A stretch of 60,171 nucleotides of DNA, counting the filler, from Dugesia japonica (lineage: Eukaryota), in the NCBI GenBank assembly GCA_001938525.1. It is 6 parts of 6 records of this genome, joined end to end, with 100 filler letters (N's around TTAATTAATTAA, not from the genome) between each part and the next. Parts side by side here need not be neighbours in the genome. Positions count along the whole stretch, not along the records: positions 17,808 to 27,126 come from MQRL01612956.1; positions 27,227 to 35,658 come from MQRL01236644.1; positions 35,759 to 49,023 come from MQRL01614349.1; 3 more parts are not named here. One strand, 5' to 3'. The first letter of the stretch is position 1, and each line of letters begins with the position of its first letter. Positions 23,972 to 35,798 of the stretch are shown here, one piece after another. The position numbers and the translations under genes were made by a program. The notes below the pieces were generated by a model, which did no database searches, was not told the DNA's origin, and saw nothing but the letters and a program-made list of their open reading frames with translations.

Positions 23972-24051
23972 GCTTGTTTAAACGTATCAATTGAATTAAC
24001 ATTGTTTATACAGGTATAAATACCACTTTGAAAATGAATTATTCATAAATA
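23972..24051. promoter_or_regulatory. Bidirectional promoter with back-to-back TATA boxes (ATPase / TBP-like)
   Basis: TATAAAC on minus (24010-24004) and TATAAATA on plus (24015-24022), each 30-40 nt from a divergent start. Confidence 0.55.
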
Positions 24052-24422
24052 ATGATTGCAAATATTAACTACAGAGGAAAATTTGATCATAAAGTGACCA
24101 AAACATGAGATTTCCATATGAAAACCTGCTCAAGTAGTAGAGAAAACAGACAAGTACACCCTTGTTTTCTTTCAATCAGGAAGTTGTAAAATCATGGGTT
24201 GTAAGAAACCAAAAATACCAAATGATTTAACGTATAATATCCAGAATACTCGATTACAATCACTTACAGTTGTCCATGATTTGAGAACTATGATTAATTT
24301 ATATGAATTATCCAAAGTAATCAAATGCGTATATAAACCAGAAATATTCCCAGGATTAAGAATTTCAAAATATGATCCAATATGTGTTAATTTATTTTCA
24401 AGTGGAAAGATTGTACTAGTTG
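24052..24422 (+). pseudogene. TATA-binding-protein-like gene, copy B (early frameshift; 3' end in a gap)
   Basis: MIANINYRGKF...YTLVFFQSGSCKIMG...LQSLTVVHDL...INLYELS...YKPEIFPGLRI...PICVNLFSSGKIVLV. Confidence 0.8.
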
Positions 24423-25005
24423 NNNNNNNNNNNNNNNNNNNNNNNNNNNNNNNNNNNNNNNNNNNNNNNNNNNNNNNNNNNNNNNNNNNNNNNNNNNNNN
24501 NNNNNNNNNNNNNNNNNNNNNNNNNNNNNNNNNNNNNNNNNNNNNNNNNNNNNNNNNNNNNNNNNNNNNNNNNNNNNNNAATGTTGAAAGAAATAGAACT
24601 ATTTAATCAATATGTTGTTATCGAAGATTATGATGATGAATACATGATATCTTTAATAAAATGGCATGGAAGAACTGTTATTCCAAAAATTATTTCAGAA
24701 ACTAAAGGTTGTTTATCATTAAATTATGAAGATTATCTTAACAAAGTAAAGTTGATGTTGCCAATAATCTCGTAAATATATTCCTTCTTGATCCATTTAT
24801 CGATGCAAATAATCTATTTTAATATTATAATTTCAGTTGCCAAATGTTAAACAGAACAATCAATGGAACATCGAGTATTATGGGATTGAAGTAAATAAAA
24901 TTTACTGTTTTAAACTTGTTTTGATTTATAAAAGTAATAAAATTAACAAATCGGAAATTAATAAGATAAGTCGTTTATTTATACTAATATTTATTCAATA
25001 AATTT

Positions 25006-25435
25006 TCATTCAATCTTTTGAGTTGATTTAACTTTCCATATTGGTTTTACTATTTCTTCCAATTTCTTGTATCTAATAAATTCAACTGAAATCTTTGATT
25101 TACTTTGTTGAACATTATTTTCTTTAGATTTAATGAATGTTGCATCTTCAATTTTTATGCGTTCATTGATTCTTACGAATAGTTATTTAAGAGTCTTTTG
25201 ATCCTTGTCACTGATTTCATAAATGTATAAATCGTAAACACAAGGTTTCACTTTAACATGATCCTAAATAAAAATGTATTAATAAAGTAACTATCAAATG
25301 AAATATTACTTGAAAAGTATAATTGATTGTTCTCTTAAAGAAAACAATCTCATATTTGAAGTAATTTCTTGGTTTTTCACACTCGAATACTAGTGTAGAA
25401 AAATTTTCCTTGGTAAGAGTGTCAATCATCTTCAT
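25006..25435 (-). pseudogene. Two-exon hypothetical protein, paralog of 21298-21755; 46-nt intron at 25264-25309; one internal TAA
   Basis: 42-codon exon 1 ending TTT CAA|gtaat; tttag|GAT; ends ...IVKPIWKVKSTQKIE*. Confidence 0.68.
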
Positions 25436-26679
25436 TTTGAAATAATGAATAATGAATTAAAGATTCACTTTATATAGATTTTAGAACAGGCGTGTATTAA
25501 TTAAATACATTGATAAGTTTAAGCAATTGATTTTAGAACATTCTTATTGAAATTATTTAAAAATTTAAATTATTTAAATTAAATTATTTTTGAATTATAA
25601 TAGATAAAGTACTCGTTGTTCTCTTTAACTTTTTATGTATAAGTTTTACTGATTTATAACTATGTTATTTGTACTCACCTTAACATTTCCAGTCGAATAG
25701 TATATATTTTGATATATTTTGAGATACTTTTGATAATTTCGAAAAATGTCACCGAATTCAACATTACTTACGTAATAATGTCGCGACGAAAATAATTGCA
25801 TTATGTAATGCACACAAATGTGTGCCGCCGCCTATTTACATTAGAAAAATATAGCCCTACTTATGTAATAATCCGATTATGTCAACGGGGGGGGCTACTG
25901 AATGTGTGCATAGGCTGACAGCTACTATCAACCTACTTGAATAATTTTAGTAAATTTCGATATGATTTAAGTAAATATTTATGAATTATTATATAATTTT
26001 CTGTAAATATTTGTAATTGCATGCGTAAATCTCTAGTATAAATAGAGAGTTCAATTTCATATTTTTCACCTTAATTTAAATCTTTTAAAAGGTCTAAAAC
26101 TTCTAGAGTTGCAGACTAGAAAATAAAAATATTAACTCGAATTAAAATAAGAAACTTTGTAAATCGTTTATTGAATCTTAATAAAATTTAAAAAGTAAAT
26201 CTCTTATTCAATTACATAAGGAATACTATATAACGTATTTATACGATATTATTCTACCTATATTAACCGTAATTAAGAAAAGACGTATATAAAATATTAT
26301 TTGGATTTCATATTTAATTTTACAAAACTAAACTCACGAACTTGTTGATATGCATTTGCGAAATACCAAAGACATCTCAAAAAAATTATTTTTTATGTCT
26401 TAATTTTAAATTAGATTTTGTAATGATAATTAAAATTAAGGTAAATCTAATGAAATGTTCGATTATTATATGGTTTATTATGATGAAAGGTTCTATATTT
26501 AAATTGTCTATGATGCCTAAAATTTCCATAACAAGATTCTGTGTAAAATACTGGGAAAATACAGGGGAAATACTGCACCCTTTAATTTCATTTCGTAATA
26601 TTACCTAAAATGACATCATTTTTTCAATTACCAACTAAATACAGAGGGATTAAGTTTTGTTACATCACTAATATTGGCA

Positions 26680-26724
26680 GGGTACTGAATGTGTGCTTGC
26701 TCAGTGCACTACTATCTATCTTCT
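26680..26724. repeat. Additional degenerate Polinton-type terminus
   Basis: gggtactgaatgtgtgc...ctactatctatcttct parallels 25893-25937. Confidence 0.5.
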
Positions 26725-27126
26725 TACTAAATATGATGTTAATTAAGCAAAACAAGATAATATCTTCAATCAAATTGTTTTGATCGAAGTCATTATTTTA
26801 ATGAAATATTAAATGCGATCAATGGATAAGTCCAACAATTATTATCGCACTAATTGTAATTATAGAAAATAGTTTGATCATATTTATTTTATTCCAATGA
26901 ACAAATATAATTTAATTAACATTTAAGTTTCTACGGTTTAATTGAGATTTCCCTCATCAGACAAATTGTGTTTATACCGTATTTGAAAAATTGAAACTCA
27001 TATTTCGGTGTATTTTTATTAAATTAAATATTAGTTAATTAAAAATTAATAAAAAATATTAACGAATTATTATTTTAAACTTTCAAATAATATAAAATAA
27101 TTTTTGGATTTAAATTTTCAAAAAAA

Positions 27127-27226
27127 NNNNNNNNNNNNNNNNNNNNNNNNNNNNNNNNNNNNNNNNNNNNTTAATTAATTAANNNNNNNNNNNNNNNNNN
27201 NNNNNNNNNNNNNNNNNNNNNNNNNN
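27127..27226. other. Artificial scaffold spacer
   Basis: 44 N + TTAATTAATTAA + 44 N. Confidence 0.95.
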
Positions 27227-28968
27227 TATGCACAAGCCGGTTTCATGCATTATTAAGAAAATACCCTTGAGCAATAGTACAGTTCAAAGAAGAGTTTATG
27301 AGATGGCTCAGGATGTTGATTTTTCTCTAATATAAGCATTTACAAAGATCTATCTTTTCTTTACAATTAGATGAATCAACACTACCTGGTAATGATGTAT
27401 TACTTTAGGCATATGTTCAATACATAAAAGATGAAATAAGGTCAGGAATTGCTTTTTGCCAAAAATTTGGAAACTGACAATAAAGGCGAATCTTTATTTC
27501 TTGTATTAAAGGAATTTTTTGATAAGAAAGGAATCCCGTTAAATATTATTTTAACAGTCGCTACAGACGAAGCTCTGACGATGATAGGTCGTCATAAATG
27601 GTTTATAGCTTATCTCAGAAATTTTCTTCAAAACATCATAGCTATACATTGTGTCATTCACCGCTAACATCTTGTTGCTAAAAACTTAAGTATGCGAATA
27701 CATAAATCACTGGGTTGTATCATAAAAGCTATAAATAAAAAAAGGTAACTCACTTAATTCAAAATTGCCCAGTCAACTTTGTATCGAAAACGATGAAGAA
27801 TTAAATCGTTTATTGCTACATACTGAAGTTCTTTGGCTCTCAAAAGGTTATTGACTTGATAGGTTTTATTGTCTTTATAATTTCTTGAAAGAAAAATTAT
27901 CAGTTACAACTGAAATTGATTGAATCAAGAACTGATATTGCGTACTTAACTGATTTATTTGGTAAGTTTAACAATATTAATCTGAAACTTTAAGGTGGTG
28001 ATTTCAACTTGATACAAGCCAAATCAGTTATGTATGGATTTGTTGAAAAGATTTTACTTTATAAACAGAATCTAGGAAGAGATGAAATAAGCCAATTTTC
28101 AAATTTAGCTGCCACAAGTCCAAATGAAGATGACATTCTTGTCTATTGAAATCACCTTGATCTTTTATATTCTGATTTTAATCATCGATTTGCGGATATT
28201 TTTAAAATGAAAATACCTGATTGGGTTTTAGACCCAATCGAAGGTGTAATTACTGACGAATCTTTTAAAATATAAGAAGAATTAATAGACATACGGACCA
28301 ATTTCGAGTTGAAATTTAAATTCAAAAATGGATATCAACAATTCTGGTTACGAGAAGAAATTTCAAATACCTATCCAAATTATGAAGCATAGTCAAAAAT
28401 ATTTTAATTTCATTTCCTTCATTGTATTTAGTTGAAAGAAGTTTTTGTGCAGTTACGAACCATTTAGGAAACAAAAGAAATAGACTTCAACTATCCGATC
28501 GTGTAGATTTAAGACTTTTACTGACAAAAATCAAACCTAGAATTGAAAAATTGGTAGAGTCTCATCAGATACATCCATCACATTGAATTTTTAATGCTAT
28601 ATTATAAAATTCACGATTTTATAAATTTAGTTTTTTAACAAGTTTGTTTCCGTTTTTTGCAAGTAAAATTAAGATTATTATATCCTGCTTTGAAACCAAA
28701 TTAAGCATTATTGATGTTATATTTTTATATTATTAAAAAAATATGAGTCATCAACTTAAACTTACCATACATAAATGCTTTTTTATTTAACAACATATAC
28801 AATAACGAAAATAGAAAACTTAAACATTTAATTTTTAATTAATTAAGATTTTTAGTTGTATTATATATGTATCTTTGGTTGATAAAAATTCAAATATAAT
28901 ATGGGGTTCGTGACCATTTCAAATCGTCAACAAGGGGTACGTAGTCCAAAAAGGTTTGAGAAACACTG
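27227..28968 (+). mobile_element. hAT (Buster/Charlie, ZBED8/SCAND3-like) transposon with decayed transposase and 3' TIR
   Basis: PLSNSTVQRR, LQLDEST, ATDEA, HCVIHR, LLLHTEV.WLSKG, AYLTDLF and IHPSH* (about 28586). TIR gtttgagaaacactg ends at 28968, followed by an 8-mer with central TA (atctaatt). Confidence 0.9.
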
Positions 28969-30400
28969 ATCTAATTAATCCATGAAATAACATGAATTAT
29001 GCTCTCAATTTTATGAAACATGTTAGTATGATGAACAGTGACACAAATTATTTGAATAATGCCGGAATTTTATGGAATAATAATGAAAAATGATCACGAT
29101 TTCATGAAACAAGCTCAAATAATATAAATTATGCTCAGATTTTATAAATTGTTTGACAAATATAATGCAATAAATTTGTCGATTATATTTCATTTTCCCC
29201 TTTTGTTTTAATTTTTAATAATACTGTCTAGTTCTCACTTTATTTAAGTTGCAAAATTTGAATTTAATTGACTTAAATTATGAATTTATTGCCTCACTTA
29301 GAATTAAATTACCAACTTTTACTTAATGATGAATTAAATTTAATATGATTAATTTGATAACTACAGTTAATTTATTACAATTTTAATATTTTGAATTTAA
29401 ATTTCATATGATGACTTATAATTTTATGTGTTGACTTTGCATTTGTATGTTCTTCAGGGAGCGACTTATATTAATTGTTTGTTTTTTAAAGTTATTTCAA
29501 GAGAGATTAGGTATGACAATTTTTAACCAAATTATTCTAACTCGTTTTTAAAGTTCAAATTTGAGTTACTTATTAATAAGTACATGTTTTTAAGTTTCTA
29601 CATTTTTATCTATAAGGTTAAGTGATTTAAGGTTTACATATTCTTACTGTAAAATTATCTATCGAATGTTATCAATAGTAGTCTTAGAACGGAATGCACC
29701 ACCCCATTTACTTCACCGGAGTTTTTTCATTTTTTCGCCGCCCCCAAAATGATCACTTTTTAGGGTTTTCCGCTCTTCAAAACTAATAAAAGAGTTCAAA
29801 TAAAATTAAGAAAATTCAATAAATTACTATTTTAAATTAAACAATAATAATAATTATAAAAACTTTGTAATTTTTAAAAAATTTGAAATTAATTGAAAAA
29901 TTTTGTTTTGTTTTAAAAATCTAAAATAATTTATTTGGAATGAATTTCAGTTATTGATTATTTTATAAATGGTAACAAATTTATGTTTTTAATAGAATAA
30001 ACTTTTAGCTAATTGCAATTTTCAATTCAATAAAAATTTGGCATAAAACATCTGGTTTATTTTTTATTTAAAACACATGTATTATTGTTGTTGTTAATTG
30101 AGTTTTTTTTATTTTTTTATTAATTTTTTGTAGATCATTGAATTAAAAAATTTTTAATGTAAATTTTTTTGAATTAATTTTAGGAACCGAGCTGTCTCAT
30201 CGTACGATTTAAACTTGAAAAATTAATTTTATTAAAACTTAGCTCCGTTTTATTAATAAAATTTAACAATAATAAAATTTTACAAAAAATAAAATCTATA
30301 AAAAGAAAATTACGGCGCGCCCTACATTTACTAAATATAGAATGACGACACAATCTAAAAAGAAATAAATACTTTGAAAAATAATAAATATTATAATAAA

Positions 30401-31564
30401 ATGGCTACATCCTAACAAAAATCAAAACTATACTTAAACTATAATACGGAGTTTAAGCATGACATTAAGAACAACGATATATTAATAATTTCTACAGCAT
30501 CTGGTTCTATTTCTAATTTAAATGAATCAGGAGACTTTGTTTTTCAATCATTACAGCCATCAAATTCTTTAGATATTTGTAACGCTCGATTATATTATAA
30601 AATTGAAATCGAACTTACTAAAGATACTGATGATATAACTCTAGAAAATAATTTCTTTCCTAGCTTATTTAGTAATATAAGATTGAAATTAGGTTCAACG
30701 GAAGTAGAATCTATTTTAAATCAAGTAGTATATTTATCTATGTTAAACTTTATTTTAACTGACTCTGATTATAAAAAGGAATACCGAGAAATGACTGTTT
30801 GGTTACCCGATAATAACTAATGATGTTGCAGGATGTTAAATAATGTATTTATCGAATTAATATGCAATAGACAAGTAGAAGATAAAATTACTTTTATTGA
30901 GCAGCTGCATTAACGGCTAAATTAAAGCTAAGAACAAAAGAATTACATATACCTGAGTGGACGCTAAATCCAAGATCAGAAGTAAGCTTATTAGATAGAT
31001 TAAATTATAATAAATCAGTTTATGCAAATTATTTAAATAGAATTTGTTCTGTTATGGATATGCGTGATGGATCAACTTAATCAGTAAAATTAGCTAATTT
31101 AGCTTATACACCTAGATACATTTTAATTGGTTTTAAAGATACAAATATTTCTTATCTAAAGAATAATAATTTATTTATAATTAAAGATGGAACTAATAGT
31201 TTAAAATCAATATAAATACATTTAAATAATACATATTATCCAGTTAGAAGAATGGAATTTAATGTAGCAAATAACAAAATGTTATTTCCTTTTAGTTCAT
31301 TTGTAAATTGTTGTAAAGATTTAAAAGTTAAACCACAACTTAGTTTACAAGATTTCAAAAATATATATATCCAATATTTTGTATTGTTACGTTAGCACGA
31401 GACGATAAATTGCGATTAATGATGCTGATGTAACTTTGAATTGTACAAAAGATACAGGTTTTAAAGCTTAATTATACTTTCTAATTTTTGAAGAACAGAA
31501 AATTGAAATGAGATTAAGTGGAGGTAAAATAGGTTTAATAGAAAACGTTAGAGGAGACGCATAA
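30401..31564 (+). pseudogene. Double jelly-roll major capsid protein (group-2 Polinton type)
   Basis: SNLNESG...ITLENNFFPSLFSNIRLKLGSTEVESI...W.PD; later PRYILIGF and LNNTYYP; multiple stops. Confidence 0.7.
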
Positions 31565-31783
31565 TTTTTATAAATAAATAAATAAAAATGATCCATCTAA
31601 ATTGGTATTGTAATGCATGTAATTCTTCTAGTTTACGTAAACATAAAGCTAGACATGAAAAAACAGATAAACCTATTAGAAATCTTAATTTAGCTGTCGG
31701 AAACATAATTAAAAACAATCAAATAAACCAATAGATAAACCAGTAAATAATAATTTAACTAATAAATTTCCGTGGGAAAAANC

Positions 31784-32200
31784 GGTGGAGATATTCAATC
31801 TTCTAAAGCTACTTCATTATTATTAAAACCATTTACTTTTGAAAAATATCTTGGTGAAAGACATTTATTGGACCAAATACAAGATTAGATATTAGATTAG
31901 ATAAAAATAATAATCCTTTACCAGAAGAAGAACCCATAAATAAATTTAACGCTGCAACATTAAAAAATGATATTGCATACATATCAAAAGATTTAAAAGA
32001 TCGGCATATCGCTGATGTAAATTTAATTCATTATTTAAATAATATAGAACATCATTCCTTTAAAGAAAAGATTCAAAGAGCTCTAGTTAAATTAGCTATG
32101 AAAGGTATAATATTAGTTGTAGGAGAGTTAAATAGAGTTGTTAAAAATATAGCAAATCAAAGCGCAAGAACGCATAGAAAAAGATTAAGATAATAATACT
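31784..32200 (+). pseudogene. Parvovirus VP1u-like phospholipase A2 domain protein
   Basis: GPNTRLDIRL...PINKFNAATLKNDIAY...DRHIADVNL, degenerate versus the PIN.LD.A...HDI.Y...RH.AD motif. Confidence 0.7.
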
Positions 32201-32430
32201 AAAATTATTGAACCTCAAGAAAATCAAATAAATTACGTATCTGAATTACATCACGAATATAGAAAAACTAGAAGATTTTTAAAAGAACATCCTTATTAAT
32301 ATAATAAAGATCATACATGGGGATTTGATATTGCTGATATGGTTAAAAAATTTACTGACCCAGAAAAGTTTCGTTATATTTTAGTTTTTATTGCCTTTTG
32401 ATATGCATTTTGTATTCCAATGAAAAATGT
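32200..32430 (+). pseudogene. rve integrase N-terminal fragment
   Basis: ELHHEYRK...KDHTWGFDIADM...FRYILV...YAFCIPMKN. Confidence 0.65.
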
Positions 32431-32454
32431 AAAATATTTAGAATTATTTCTAAT

Positions 32455-33074
32455 AAATTTTTTATCTAAGGCATAAGTTTGAGAGANATAAATAACATTA
32501 AAATTATTATGTCTTCCTCTAGTAAAATATAATCTCTAAATATCCTGATTTTTAATATTTATTACAGTCATCTAATATAACTATATTTATTTTATTTTTA
32601 GGTAGATTATCACAATATATAATATCTTAAGGTTTATTAGAAAACGTAACTTAAATTTTATTTTCCTCATCTATATATTCATTTTTATTTTTTATATCAG
32701 AATTATTTATNNNNNNNNNNNNNNNNNNNNNNNNNNNNNNNNNNNNNNNNNNNNNNNNNNNNNNNNNNNNNNNNNNNNNNNNNNNNNNNNNNNNNNNNNN
32801 NNNNNNNNNNNNNNNNNNNNNNNNNNNNNNNNNNNNNNNNNNNNNNNNNNNNNNNNNNNNNNNNNNNNNNNNNNNNNNNNNNNNNNNNNNNNNNNNNNNA
32901 TCAGTTAATAACATTTTTATTAATAATACATTCTTTCGACAACCAGAAGAACCAAATAGTTAATAATCTAAAATTATTTGTTAAAACTTTATTATTAAAT
33001 AATGTTTTATTTTTGTTCCAAATTGATTAATCTTTAGGCACTTCATTCCTCACCATCGACGATAAGGTACTCAT
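32455..33074 (-). pseudogene. Packaging ATPase of the group-2 element (gapped)
   Basis: FRLLTIGSSGCRK (degenerate Walker A), IVILDD (Walker B), YFTRGRHNN (A32 motif). Confidence 0.75.
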
Positions 33075-33090
33075 TTTATAATTTTAAAAA

Positions 33091-33618
33091 ATGACTAATA
33101 TAACTGAAACTGAATTAAAAGAATTAATAGATTCTAATAAATCAAAATCTGTTTTAATAGATAATAAAAANNNNNNNNNTGGTAAGAAAATTAAAGAAGC
33201 AATTAAAAATGAAGAGATTAAGAAAGGAGGAATATTATCATTACTAACATCAATTCCTACAATAATCACTTGATTATCTGGTGCTGCTGGTACAGCTGGA
33301 GGAGAAGAAACAGCTGTTTCTAAAGAAAGAGAAGCTTAAAAATTAGGTGTTGAAAGACAAAATTTTGAAGAAGAATTAAGACAATTAAAAGAAGTAGGAA
33401 AAAATACTCAGTCAGTTCAATCATTTAAAGGTAAAGGAATTTATTTAAATCCTTATCAAAGTGTATATGATTTTATAAATAATTTAATTAATCAATCAAG
33501 CTTACCTGATTCGGTAAAATCAGTAATATATGAAACAGGAAAAAAATTAAAATTAGATGGTATTGTAAAAATAAAAGAATCAAAGCATGGTTTAGATATA
33601 TACATGAGACCTTATTAA
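33091..33618 (+). pseudogene. Polinton core-like protein with putative protease cleavage sites
   Basis: KGGILSLL...AGTAGG...AV...GKGIYLNPY...IYMRPY*. Confidence 0.6.
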
Positions 33619-33632
33619 ATATTTAAAAATGT

Positions 33633-34470
33633 ATGAAGATAAAATTACTTTATTAAAACAATTAATTAAAGAACAAGAAAAATAATAAAGAATTATCTGA
33701 AAAAACAGAATCAACAATTCTAAATGATGTTTTGACTCAACAACAATCACCTACATTAAAAGCATTGGAAAGAATAGATAAAACATTATTAAACCTTCAA
33801 TTGAAAATATTAAAATTAAACCAGCTATTAAAAATAAAAAGGATAATCAACAAGAAAAACTATTAATGATTTTTATAATTTTGAACCGTTTGATATAAAA
33901 AAACTTTGATATTACTAATTCAATAACAAAAACAATTAATCCTACATTTACTGTTGAAACTATAAATAATGTTAATTATAGAATTATAACTATTAAGAAG
34001 CATCACTTTTTAGCTTTTAAAAGAAATGACACACGATATTTATAATCAAAAATTGATAAAATTGAATTTACTGATGATTTAGAGAATTTAATCATGGGTA
34101 GAAATTCAAGTAATAAAGATGAAACTAAAAAAATATTTAAATTTATTATCTTTGTGTAAATCGTCATCAATAAATAATTATATTAAAGGTTTAAAACAAT
34201 ATGCTTTCTCTAACGAAGGACCAATTATTAAAGAAGTAGAAGAAAGAGGGCTTACCTCTGTCTTAGGGCGAAGCCCATGAAGTCATCATCATGCATCTAA
34301 TGACGACGATAATCCAAGTAGTTTATTTACAGATTTATGTAAATTATTTGCAACACAAAAGGCTAGTCGTAAAAATGTAGCTGAACAAATTAAAAATATT
34401 CTTAGTAAATTAAGAAGTAATGATTTGATTTCCACAGATAACTATAATTATCTTTTAAAGAAAATTAAAT
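33633..34470 (+). pseudogene. Conserved group-2 Polinton hypothetical protein
   Basis: C-terminal DNPSSLFTDLCKLFATQKASRKNVAEQIKNILSKLRSNDLI motif. Confidence 0.55.
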
Positions 34471-34483
34471 AAAATGAAAAATG

Positions 34484-35120
34484 AAATGGAAAAGCTAATT
34501 AATTTAATGAGCTCTAAATTCTCAACAACTATATCAGCACGATCAAAGACATCTGAATTTAAAAATGTTTTCCGAACTCCTAAAGAATTAAATAAATACT
34601 TTAATTACGAATAAAGTTTATTGTGGTTTAGTTGTTATAATACTGTTTTTAATATTAATAATTCGAATAATAAATTTCAATATAATTATAAAGTAATTCC
34701 GATTAATCCAGGCACTTACGAAATTAAAGAATTAAATGTAAAGCTCAAACTATATGAATAAACAATTAAAGTTAATTTATCTACAGTTAAATGTGAATTA
34801 ACTATTCCAAAAAATCAAGTATTACTCATTGAAAATACATATTTCTTTCATACATTTCTAGGAATTAATTCAGGTGTTTATAATAAAGAAGAAAAATATA
34901 TTAGTACTAATAAGATTCAAATATTAATATATATTTCTAAAAAAAATATTACCTGTGATTTAATTAAAGGTATTTATGTACATGGTAAAAAAGAAAATGT
35001 TTTATATTCATATTCTATAAACACTGTGCCTTTTGGATATAAATTTGTTGAAAGCATGTTTACTCCTATTTATATTCCTGTAACTAAAACGTTAATTGGT
35101 ACAATAAAAGTTTCAAATAA
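34484..35120 (+). pseudogene. Minor capsid (penton-like) protein
   Basis: F..P.EL..YE...YNTVFNINNSNNKF...INPGTYEIKELN...CDLIKG.YV.G...P.GYKFVE...IYIPV. Confidence 0.7.
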
Positions 35121-35121
35121 A

Positions 35122-35658
35122 TGTGACCTTGAAGTTTTGTTTGTATATTAAAATGTAAATAATAAATATATTTTCAAAATTAAGATGTCGGTTATTTCTG
35201 ATTTAACTGGCGACCACTGCCATGTCAACTCAATAACAAGAAATCAAGCAGCAGAAGTAAAAAGAATTTACGAAGCTTTACCAAAGGAATAGCGAGAACT
35301 GTTATTTCCAAGAATAACAAAACTCTCTAGAAATTATTATGAAGATCCAATTGCGTGGTTGAAAGGAATTGAAACGTTCACAGCCACAAATAACTTCAAC
35401 CTCATATCAACTTTCGATTTCTTATTAGATGGCGACGCTAAGGATTTATTTGCTAGCTTGCAAAGCACGAATCAAAATGGACNATAAATCAACAAGAGAT
35501 TGGTTCAAATTAAAATTCGTCAAAGATAAATCTTTTTTACGAATGATTGAAGATTTCAGTATAATCAGTCAAAAGACTGATGATAGATATGAAAATTTTG
35601 AATTGCGAGTTACAAGAGCTCTGAAGGAAATATTCGAATCCGAATTATCAATGGAAGA
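35122..35658 (+). mobile_element. Ty3/gypsy LTR retrotransposon 5' part: PBS-like site and gag start
   Basis: TGGCGACC at about 35208, ATG at 35222; EDPIAWL..IE...FLLDGDAK is gag-like. Confidence 0.6.
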
Positions 35659-35758
35659 NNNNNNNNNNNNNNNNNNNNNNNNNNNNNNNNNNNNNNNNNN
35701 NNTTAATTAATTAANNNNNNNNNNNNNNNNNNNNNNNNNNNNNNNNNNNNNNNNNNNN
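35659..35758. other. Artificial scaffold spacer
   Basis: 44 N + TTAATTAATTAA + 44 N. Confidence 0.95.

Positions 35759-35798
<40 letters not shown>

Larger units (their letters stand above)
22930..25937 (-). mobile_element. Polinton element, copy B (ATPase, TBP-like gene, accessory genes, right terminus)
   Basis: Same gene order as copy A; ends gctactatcaacctact at 25937. The left boundary is approximate. Confidence 0.75.
30340..35120 (+). mobile_element. Second Polinton/adintovirus lineage (group-2 type, with PLA2), decayed
   Basis: Major capsid, zinc-finger ORF, PLA2, integrase N-terminus, ATPase (minus), core protein, conserved DP..L..L protein and minor capsid. Boundaries approximate. 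Confidence 0.8.

Noticed and set aside
24194-24775. Single 193-aa TBP fusion ORF
   Set aside because: The frame is bridged across Ns; 24581-24775 is more likely a separate ORF.
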